From the NCBI GenBank assembly GCA_964388035.1, contig CAYLZE010000020.1, positions 1 to 59,513 of the forward strand: a stretch of 59,513 bases of DNA, in the 5' to 3' direction. The translations under genes and the position numbers were made by a program. Below the pieces are notes generated by a model. It ran no database searches and was not told where the DNA came from. It saw nothing but the letters and a program-made list of their open reading frames with translations. The first letter of the stretch is position 1, and each line of letters begins with the position of its first letter. The DNA comes from an uncultured archaeon. Lineage in GTDB: Archaea > Asgardarchaeota > Lokiarchaeia > Sigyniarchaeales > SOKP01. This document shows positions 1 through 8,263 of this stretch, one piece after another.

Positions 1-1877
1 ATAGCTTTTAAAATCCTTCTCATTATTTTTCCACTTCGTGTTTTTGGCAGCTCATCTGCAAATTGTACCACATCTGGTTGAAAAACGGGACCAATTTCTG
101 ATCTAACGTGAAGGATGATCTCTTTTCGGAGAGCTTCAGACTTCTCCACTCCTTGAATCAATGTTACGAAGGCCCAAATGGCATTTCCCTTGATTGGATG
201 AGGAAATGGTGCAACGGCGGCTTCAGCAACCTTTGGATGACTTACTATAGCAGATTCCACTTCCATTGTTCCGATTCTATGCCCCGAAACTTTTATCACA
301 TCATCAAGACGTCCAAGAATCCAGAAATAACCATCCTTATCTTTTCGGGCCCCATCTCCAGTATAATAATGATTTGGATATTTGGCTAAATATGTCGACT
401 TAAATCGCTCGGTATCCCCCCATACATCTCTTAACATGCCGGGCCAAGGCTGTGCCATGCAGAAATATCCCCCCTCATCTGGTTCCGTAACTACTTGTCC
501 CTCCATGTCAAAAATGACAGGCTTTATTCCTAAGAAGGGTAAGCAGCAAGAACCTGGTTTAGTTGGGGTTGCAGTAGCAATTGGGGTCATAATAAACCCT
601 CCAGTTTCTGTTTGCCAGTATGTATCCACAATAGGACATTTTTCTTTTCCAACCACTCTATGATACCACGTCCATGCTTCGGGATTTATGGGCTCTCCCA
701 CGGTTCCTAATACTTTAAGGCTAGATAGATCGTGCTTCTTTACCGGTTCCTCTCCATATCTCATTAAAGCCCGAATTGCGGTAGGGGCCGTATAAAAATG
801 AGTTACTTTATGACGCTCCACGATATCCCAAAATCGATCTACATCGGGATAAGTCGGAACTCCTTCGAACATTAAAGTAGTTGCACCATTGGCTAATGGC
901 CCATATACGATATAAGAATGCCCCGTAATCCATCCAATATCTGCGGTACAATACCAGATATCACCTTCTTTATAATTAAAAACTACTTCATGGGTATATG
1001 AAGTATATAAAATATATCCCGCGGTAGTGTGTTTTACTCCTTTTGGCTTTCCGGTAGTTCCCGATGTATATAAGATAAATAAGGTATCTTCTGAATCCAT
1101 TTCTTCACATTCACATTCTTCGCTCATTCCATCAATAAGGTCATTATACCAAATATCTTTGCTGGTATGAGGGATATCTCTTCCTGAGCGCTTAACAACG
1201 ATAACATGCTCGATAGTTGGAACTTCATCGATAATTTCAACCGCATCAGACATTTTAGGATAAAATTTCCCCGCACGCACGGTTTCATCGCTTGTAAATA
1301 ATAATCTAGAATCAGAATCATAAATTCTATCTTTAACAGCTTCTTTTGAAAATCCCCCGAAAACGATCGAATGAATTACTCCGATTCTTGCACATGCCAA
1401 CATTATAATTGCCAACTCAGGAATCATCGGTAGCCATATAGTCACACGATCTCCCTTTTTGAGCCCCAAGCTTTTCATTCCATTAGAGACTTTAGATACT
1501 TCTTTCTTTAATTCATTAAAGGAAAATTTTCTAATTTCACCGGGTGCATCCGCTTCCCATATGATGGCTGTCTTTTCTCCTTTTCCCGCTTCTACGTGTC
1601 TATCAACGCAATTGTAGCAAGCATTTAGTTTTCCTCCAACGAACCATTTCCCCGGAAAAAGGTCGGTCTTTTCCCATACTTTTTTAAATGGCTTAAACCA
1701 GCTAATGGATTGGGCCTGTTCTTTCCAGAATCCCTGCATATCGTCGATGCTTTTCTTATAGAGCTCTTTATATTGTTTAAAAGACATCCCCGTTTTGGCA
1801 TATTGAGGATTTAATTTTTGGGGTTCAAAAATCCGATCCTCTGTCAATATGGATTCCATTCTTTCTTCTTTTGACAT
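1..1877 (-). CDS. acs: AMP-forming acetyl-CoA synthetase (3' end runs off the window; not in the ORF track)
   Basis: Manual translation from ATG at 1877: MSKEERMESILTEDRIFEP...; contains YTSGTTGKPKG, DTYWQTETGG and the C-terminal LPKTRSGKIMRRILKA with the acetylatable Lys at nt 27-29. Confidence 0.95.
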   Translation of the reverse strand, partial: MSKEERMESILTEDRIFEPQKLNPQYAKTGMSFKQYKELYKKSIDDMQGFWKEQAQSISWFKPFKKVWEKTDLFPGKWFVGGKLNACYNCVDRHVEAGKGEKTAIIWEADAPGEIRKFSFNELKKEVSKVSNGMKSLGLKKGDRVTIWLPMIPELAIIMLACARIGVIHSIVFGGFSKEAVKDRIYDSDSRLLFTSDETVRAGKFYPKMSDAVEIIDEVPTIEHVIVVKRSGRDIPHTSKDIWYNDLIDGMSEECECEEMDSEDTLFILYTSGTTGKPKGVKHTTAGYILYTSYTHEVVFNYKEGDIWYCTADIGWITGHSYIVYGPLANGATTLMFEGVPTYPDVDRFWDIVERHKVTHFYTAPTAIRALMRYGEEPVKKHDLSSLKVLGTVGEPINPEAWTWYHRVVGKEKCPIVDTYWQTETGGFIMTPIATATPTKPGSCCLPFLGIKPVIFDMEGQVVTEPDEGGYFCMAQPWPGMLRDVWGDTERFKSTYLAKYPNHYYTGDGARKDKDGYFWILGRLDDVIKVSGHRIGTMEVESAIVSHPKVAEAAVAPFPHPIKGNAIWAFVTLIQGVEKSEALRKEIILHVRSEIGPVFQPDVVQFADELPKTRSGKIMRRILKA

Positions 1878-2144
1878 TATCTTTCACACTTTTGTTGAAT
1901 ATTGTTAGATATTTTAGTGTAATTCACAATTTGTTAAATAGAATCAAATCATTAAAGATTTTGTATTTTTCTCATCAAATAAAAATTTTTTGCTTTTTTA
2001 AAAAGCAAGATTTTCCGTTTAAAATAAATAAAATCATTAAAGATTTTAAAGCTAATATTTTTAAATTATTACCAACATTTAAATTGATATTGAACAAATT
2101 AAGACATTAAGGCACAATTTTCACCAAATTAAAAATTTAAAATT

Positions 2145-4073
2145 ATGAGCCCAAAAATGGAACGCATGGATCTATTAGATGAGGACTGGAGAAATAAATG
2201 GAAAGATAAGGAGATTACCGCAGAAGAAGCTATCAAGAAAATTATTCCCGGAAATCGCGTTTTTATTCACACGGGATGTTCTGAGCCACAAGCGTTGACA
2301 AATGAGTTAATTCGACAAGCGCCTTATCTATATGATATAGAAATAATTCATTTTTTAACAATATGGCCAACAAAATATTTTAAAAAGAATAAATCTGAAG
2401 ACCTCTTTCGACATAATGCATTATTCATTGGAGACACCTTGCGAGAAGCCATCAATAGGGGTCAAGCAGATTATACGCCCATCCATGCAAGTGAGATACC
2501 TCAGTTATTCATTTCTGGGCGTAGATATATCGATATTGCTTTGATTCAGGTCACTCCTCCCGATAGATATGGATTCTGTTCTTTCGGAATTAATGTGGAT
2601 GTAGCCAAGCCCATTGCCCAATCTGCATATCTAACTATCGCAGAGATTAACCCTCACATGCCAAGGACTTTAGGCAATAGTTTTATTCACATGAAAGAAA
2701 TTGATTATTTCGTTTATAATGACACCCCTTTATTGGAATATACTTTTAAAAATGAAGAGCCTGAAGATGTTATCGAAAGAATCGGAATGAATGTCGCTAA
2801 TTTGATTCCAAATAAATCAACAATCCACATTGGCTTTGGAAATTTACCCAATGCTTGTTTAAATTATTTAACCAACAAAAAAGATTTAGGAATGCATAGT
2901 CATTTTATTACAGAAAATATCATCCCGTTAATTGAAAAAACAGTATTGACTTGCCGAAAAAAGAATTTCCATCCCGAGAAAATCATAACAAGTTTTTGTT
3001 TAGGAACGAAGAAATTGTATGATTTTATCGATAATAACCCGTATATCGAATTTTACCCTTCAGATTACGTGTGCAATCCCAGATATATTGGGATGAATAA
3101 GAACATGATTTCAATGGTTCAAGGAATTCAGGTGGATCTTACGGGGCAAGTTAATGCATCAAGTAGGGGATATAACTTTTATTCTGGTATTGGAGATAGC
3201 GTTGATTTTATTAGAGGAGCGTCTTACTCAAAAGGAGGAAAACCCATAATTCTTCTCCCTTCTACTAGAAAAAACGGGACAGAATCTTCCATAGTTTCGC
3301 ATTTAGACGAGGGAGCCGGGGTAGTTTTTACCCGGGCAGATATACATTATGTTGTGACTGAATGGGGTGTCGCATACTTGCACGGTCGAACCATTCGGGA
3401 TCGCGTGATCGAGTTAATTTGCATTGCCCATCCTAAATTTCGTACCCAATTGTTGGAAGAAGCAAAAGAATTAAATTACATCTATAGGGATCAGATGCTT
3501 GCAAGTGATGAAGAAGGTGCGATTTGTGTCTACCCAAGACAATATGAAACCGTCTATAAGACAAAAGATAATACAAAAGTCATAATAAGACCCGTGAAAA
3601 CAACGGATGAGCCACTTTTAAGAGAATTATATTATTCTTTAGACGAAAAAGATCGGTATTTACGATTTTTCGAAGTGAAAAAAGAGTTCCGACACGCTAA
3701 AACCCAAAAAGAAGTGAATATAGATTATGAACAAATCTTTTCTTTAGGGGCATTTGTTGGGGATGTTTCTGATCCAGAAATGATTGGAAATGCTTCTTAT
3801 CATTATAATCCCAATAATAACATGGCAGAATTTGATTTTATTGTAAAAAGAGATTGGAGAGGGAAGGGAATTGGCGCCTATTTATATCATGCCTTAATAA
3901 TAATCGCTAAAGAGAAGGGAATAAAGGGTTTTTATGGAAATATTCATATTCAAAATAGAAAAACTGTGAGAATTATCAAAACAGGTGGTTATACCAAAAT
4001 CACACCACCAGAGTTAGGAGATAAAGAGTTATTTTATCAAGTTGTGTTTGATAAAGAAAATTCCTTTGACTAG
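2145..4073 (+). CDS. Acetyl-CoA hydrolase/CoA-transferase-like domain fused to a C-terminal Pat-type GNAT acetyltransferase
   Basis: N-term family I CoA-transferase motifs (PPDRYGFCSFG, EINPHMPRTLG, VDLTGQVN, VVTEWGVAYLHG); C-term GNAT (VIIRPV...D...YLRFF, AEF, WRGKGIG). Confidence 0.9.
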   Translation: MSPKMERMDLLDEDWRNKWKDKEITAEEAIKKIIPGNRVFIHTGCSEPQALTNELIRQAPYLYDIEIIHFLTIWPTKYFKKNKSEDLFRHNALFIGDTLREAINRGQADYTPIHASEIPQLFISGRRYIDIALIQVTPPDRYGFCSFGINVDVAKPIAQSAYLTIAEINPHMPRTLGNSFIHMKEIDYFVYNDTPLLEYTFKNEEPEDVIERIGMNVANLIPNKSTIHIGFGNLPNACLNYLTNKKDLGMHSHFITENIIPLIEKTVLTCRKKNFHPEKIITSFCLGTKKLYDFIDNNPYIEFYPSDYVCNPRYIGMNKNMISMVQGIQVDLTGQVNASSRGYNFYSGIGDSVDFIRGASYSKGGKPIILLPSTRKNGTESSIVSHLDEGAGVVFTRADIHYVVTEWGVAYLHGRTIRDRVIELICIAHPKFRTQLLEEAKELNYIYRDQMLASDEEGAICVYPRQYETVYKTKDNTKVIIRPVKTTDEPLLRELYYSLDEKDRYLRFFEVKKEFRHAKTQKEVNIDYEQIFSLGAFVGDVSDPEMIGNASYHYNPNNNMAEFDFIVKRDWRGKGIGAYLYHALIIIAKEKGIKGFYGNIHIQNRKTVRIIKTGGYTKITPPELGDKELFYQVVFDKENSFD

Positions 4074-4184
4074 AGTGTCAATGTCATGAGATCTTTAATT
4101 TAAAATGATTAAAAATTAATTCTTTTTAATATTTCAAGTGATATCAAGCTTTAGTTGATATAGCATGAGAGTCATGAATTTCAC

Positions 4185-4985
4185 ATGAAATATATATATA
4201 CCGATTACCACGTGCATACCAAATGGAGCCATGATATTAAAGAAAACGGCCCAATATTTGAGGAATATGCATTAGCTTCCCAAGAAAATGCAATAAACAT
4301 CTGTTTTCTTGATCATTATGAAGTCTTTTATGTTAAAAATGATAAAACCTATCCATTTTATGGGGGAAAAGACAAGGTAATCGAATATCTTGCCGAATTA
4401 GATAAGGTTAAAGAAAATCACGATCATTTATTGAGCGGACTCGAAGTCGATTATTATGAAGAGATGGAAGAAGAGATTGCAGAGTTTCTTGATGATTTTG
4501 AAAAAGAATTTGATTTTATCGCAGGGACTGTCCATGAAACAGAGTATGGCTATCCCTTTACAACAAGAGAAAAGCTTATTCAGCTTCTTAATGAAAAGAA
4601 CCAAGAAGAGATAATCGAAAAATTTTTTAGATTATCAAGGAAAATGATTGATTCTGGTCTATTTAAAAATATTTGCCACATTGATACTATTTTTCGTTAT
4701 ATTAATGAAAATGATATCAAGCCTTTCAAGAACATTGAAGAATATGATGATGATATTTTAGAATTGGGAAGAGCGTGTATAGGCAATAACATTCAAATAG
4801 AATATAATATTTCCGGGATTCGACATCCTATTAAGAGACCTTTTCCCTCTAAGTCCATGGCATTAAGATTGAAGGGAGAAGGGGCCAAGTTTTTTATCGG
4901 TTCAGATTCTCATTCCATTGAAGTATTTCAAGCTAGTGTTCCTTTAGTAATAGAAGCCTTTAATACATTTAACCATGATAAATAA
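4185..4985 (+). CDS. PHP-family phosphoesterase (histidinol-phosphatase-like)
   Basis: DYHVHT, DH, GLEVD, CHID, GSDSH metal-binding motifs. Confidence 0.85.
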   Translation: MKYIYTDYHVHTKWSHDIKENGPIFEEYALASQENAINICFLDHYEVFYVKNDKTYPFYGGKDKVIEYLAELDKVKENHDHLLSGLEVDYYEEMEEEIAEFLDDFEKEFDFIAGTVHETEYGYPFTTREKLIQLLNEKNQEEIIEKFFRLSRKMIDSGLFKNICHIDTIFRYINENDIKPFKNIEEYDDDILELGRACIGNNIQIEYNISGIRHPIKRPFPSKSMALRLKGEGAKFFIGSDSHSIEVFQASVPLVIEAFNTFNHDK

Positions 4986-4999
4986 TTAAGAAAGGTTTT

Positions 5000-5710
5000 T
5001 TGCGCATCATGAGATTCATAGATAGAGTGAAAGACTGGGATAAAAAAGAAGCTATTAAATATAACGGATTTGGAGGGAAGATAGGAACGGGATTGTTTAA
5101 ATTCTTTTCTTTTTTTGGAAGAGAAACACTCTGGTTTTTATTAATTGCTTATTTTATTTTAATTTGGTATGATTCTGCCTTTTTAATATATATAGGGACT
5201 ACATTCATGAATGGTTTATTCTTAATCTTGCCCATCAAACAGCATTTTAATAGAGCACGTCCTTTTGAAGAAATTGAAGAAATTAGGGTATTAGAACGTC
5301 GCCCGACCTCGAAAAGCTTCCCTTCGTGGCATTCATATAATGTCGTTTCTCAAGCGTTAATTCTTGGAACATTATTGCATTCTATCTGGTTAGGATTCCT
5401 TCTCATGGTTTTTGCCACGATTGTAGCTTTTTCAAGAGTTCAATTAGGTGTCCATTATCCCAGCGATGTTATTGTCGGGGGTTTATTGGGAATTGTTGGT
5501 TTTATTCTAACCATTTATATCATGAATCCCATCTTTTCATGGCTTATTGGTTTATTAGAAAAAGCGATTTCTCTCGAAATCTTTAAACAACAATTTGATC
5601 CTTTATTATTTACGAATCCTTATTATACGATTTTATGCATCGCAGTCTTCACAATTATTATTCTCTCTTATTTTAACAAAAGAATAATGAAGTGGATCTT
5701 TAAAAAATAG
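5000..5710 (+). CDS. PAP2-family membrane phosphatase (alternative ATG start at 5009)
   Basis: K..F.RARP, SFPSWH, SRVQLGVHYPSDV motifs with TM helices. Confidence 0.9.
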   Translation: MRIMRFIDRVKDWDKKEAIKYNGFGGKIGTGLFKFFSFFGRETLWFLLIAYFILIWYDSAFLIYIGTTFMNGLFLILPIKQHFNRARPFEEIEEIRVLERRPTSKSFPSWHSYNVVSQALILGTLLHSIWLGFLLMVFATIVAFSRVQLGVHYPSDVIVGGLLGIVGFILTIYIMNPIFSWLIGLLEKAISLEIFKQQFDPLLFTNPYYTILCIAVFTIIILSYFNKRIMKWIFKK

Positions 5711-5737
5711 TTGTTCAAATTTAGAAAATATTTATTC

Positions 5738-6979
5738 CTATAGATTTAATCTTCTCTTTTTATCGAATAAATCTTTTAATTCATCCAAAACCTGAGCTCT
5801 GACATTTTCTTCCTTTTTTTCTGGTAAAAAGCGAGGTTGTTCAATCTCTAAGGGCATCCCTCCCGATGCTAAGGAAGAAATAGCCCCGCTTTCTATTGCT
5901 TTAAGTCTATGTTCAATTAATTCCAATTGCTTTGTAAGGCTTTCTGATAATCTTATTACCATGTTAATTGTTTGCTCCATGATTTTTCCAAGTCCATCAA
6001 TCTTTTTTATGGTGGGATCGGTCAAGGAATAGTGAGAATTTATCACTTCTTTTAATAATTTTGAAAATGATGGTTCTTTTGTAAGAACAGTGAAGATGGA
6101 AGTGGGATAAATCTCATAATCAAAGTTATATACTTTTTTATTAAAAACTTCCAATAAATTATCCTTTAAAAATTCGATATTGAGTTGTATTTTCGGGTCA
6201 GATTTAAGCTCAGGATCCACTTTATGAGCAAATATAAGAAAATACGGATTTTCTTCTAATATGATCAAGAGATCTAGGATCTTATCAAAATAATCCAGAG
6301 ATTCATCAAATCTCTCAGAATCCTGCACATCAATAACGTAAATAAATAGATCAATATCAATAAAATAACTTTCAGGAGCATCAAGATATCCCTCTCTATA
6401 CTTCTTTTGTCCTCCCAAATCCCAGATTATTAATTCAAGATTTCCCGGTCGCGCGCTCTCGACATCTTGATTGCGTGTTTTTATGGTTCTACGCACGACT
6501 CCCTTCGTTGGCTTTAATGAAGCTAAATCATCAATTCCTAATTTTCCTCCAAAACTAGAGATAACTGCGGTCTTTCCAGCATTATCTAATCCTGCTACAA
6601 CCACCTTCTGGTTTTTATCCTCAAATTCTGAGGGCTCATTTTTAATTGATGCGATGAGGGAGCTAATGGTGATTGCTTTTTTAACATTAAATTCTAAATC
6701 AGGAAAATTCTGCTTTAATGTTGTGATTTTCTCTCTTAAGTTTTCATCACTTTTAAAAATTTCATTGAAGGGATCGTTTTTATTCAATTTAGATGCATCA
6801 GAAATCGTAGTAGCTTTTAAAATATCTTTAATTATTTTAAGTTCCGAAGTACCCATGAATTTAAAAGAATCAATCGGCAGTTCTAATATATCGGTAACGG
6901 ATTTTGGTTCCTTTTTAAGTTGTTGATAATCTATATATTTTGAAATAATTTTAACTAAGTATTGGAGTTCCGAACTCAT
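5738..6979 (-). CDS. Arf/Rag-like small GTPase with N-terminal extension and C-terminal coiled coil
   Basis: G1 GLDNAGKT, G2 PTKG, G3 WDLGGQ, G4 HKVD, G5 TSIF. Confidence 0.85.
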   Translation of the reverse strand: MSSELQYLVKIISKYIDYQQLKKEPKSVTDILELPIDSFKFMGTSELKIIKDILKATTISDASKLNKNDPFNEIFKSDENLREKITTLKQNFPDLEFNVKKAITISSLIASIKNEPSEFEDKNQKVVVAGLDNAGKTAVISSFGGKLGIDDLASLKPTKGVVRRTIKTRNQDVESARPGNLELIIWDLGGQKKYREGYLDAPESYFIDIDLFIYVIDVQDSERFDESLDYFDKILDLLIILEENPYFLIFAHKVDPELKSDPKIQLNIEFLKDNLLEVFNKKVYNFDYEIYPTSIFTVLTKEPSFSKLLKEVINSHYSLTDPTIKKIDGLGKIMEQTINMVIRLSESLTKQLELIEHRLKAIESGAISSLASGGMPLEIEQPRFLPEKKEENVRAQVLDELKDLFDKKRRLNL

Positions 6980-7231
6980 GATTTATATTAACCTATGATC
7001 GTTTAAATCGTTATATAATTTTTTTCATTGGGTTGTTGGATTTATAAAAAACCCTTTTTCTTTCGAGGAAATTTTAGTGAATAAGAAAGAAAAATCTAAT
7101 TGTAACTTACTGCTCGTTATTAATTTTTAATTTGCTAGTTATAAATATATAATTATCCATGATTGAATATAAACCGAATTCAATAAACCCATAATCTCCT
7201 TTTAATCATGTTATCTGAAATCTGGGGAACA

Positions 7232-7239
7232 TTTATATA
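7232..7239 (+). promoter_or_regulatory. Candidate TATA box of tfb (TTTATATA) preceded by purine-rich BRE-like GGGGAAC
   Basis: Archaeal consensus match about 70 nt upstream of the ATG; AT-rich background weakens it. Confidence 0.3.
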
Positions 7240-7304
7240 GGTATACAGCTATTATTAAACAGAGAAAAAAAACTTCCAATAACAATATTTTTCTATTAGG
7301 GTAC

Positions 7305-8222
7305 ATGCCATCTTCTAAAACTTATAAGGATGATGAATTCCTCGACCTTAAAAATCAACCTTGTTGTGATGCTCCCAAAATCAGTAAAGAAGATGGATTT
7401 TATACTTGTTTAAATTGTGGATTTGTTTATTCTAGAATTTTAGATAATAGTCCTTCGAGAGCCTTTACTCAAGAAGAAATTCAGAAAAGAAAAAGTAATG
7501 AACGGGTATATAGCCCTATAGGTCCAAGAACCATTATTAGAGGTTCTCGAGATGCCCGAGGAACTCTTTTAAGTCCGAAATATAAGTCAAAATTTAATCG
7601 GTTAGCAAAAATTCATCGATCTTTGACCACGAGTTATGAAAGAAATTTATGGATTGCACTTCCTAATCTACAAAGATTACAAAAGAAATTAGGTATTCCG
7701 GAGACAGTTGCGGAAGATGCTTTAAGGATTTACACCCAAACAGTCAAGAAAAAATTGACAATGGGAAGAAGTATCGATACATTATTAGCAGCTTCTATTT
7801 TTTGCGCGCTAAGAGTACATGGAATACCACGTACCATAGAAGAAATTACCAACGCAGCACAAATTCCTAAAAAAAAAGTGATCAAAAGCTATAGATTAAT
7901 TCTTTATGATGTTCTGCCCAATTTGAATTTAAAGGTTCAACATTTCAGTGCAAAACGATATGTTGACAAATTTAATGATGATTTAAAGCTCTCCATGAAA
8001 TGTAGAAATATAGCTGTAAAACTTATTGAATGTGCTCAAGTTTGCGGTTTTAATTCCGCCGGTAAGGATCCAAAGGGTATTGCGGCGGCCGCCATCTATA
8101 TTGGATGTAAAATGTGTGATGAAACAAGAACCCAAAAAGAAATTTCTTCGCTCGCTAACGTCACGGAAGTGACTTTGAGGATGAGGGTAAAAGATCTTCA
8201 AAAATATGTAGTTAAATTATGA
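7305..8222 (+). CDS. tfb: Transcription initiation factor IIB (TFB paralog)
   Basis: Zn ribbon (CC...CLNCG), ERNL, two cyclin repeats (GRSIDTLLAASIF; GKDPKGIAAAAIY; RTQKEISSLANVTEVTLRMR). Confidence 0.92.
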   Translation: MPSSKTYKDDEFLDLKNQPCCDAPKISKEDGFYTCLNCGFVYSRILDNSPSRAFTQEEIQKRKSNERVYSPIGPRTIIRGSRDARGTLLSPKYKSKFNRLAKIHRSLTTSYERNLWIALPNLQRLQKKLGIPETVAEDALRIYTQTVKKKLTMGRSIDTLLAASIFCALRVHGIPRTIEEITNAAQIPKKKVIKSYRLILYDVLPNLNLKVQHFSAKRYVDKFNDDLKLSMKCRNIAVKLIECAQVCGFNSAGKDPKGIAAAAIYIGCKMCDETRTQKEISSLANVTEVTLRMRVKDLQKYVVKL

Positions 8223-8263
8223 GTAAATTATAGTAAATAGATTATAATAGGATATTTTCCCTA

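Noticed and set aside
108-1321. Short ORFs 108-389, 382-663 and 1124-1321
   Set aside because: Shadow frames of acs, which occupies 1-1877 on the minus strand
1871-2110. 79-aa F/K/I-rich ORF
   Set aside because: Translation of the AT-rich divergent promoter region; overlaps the acs start; no motif
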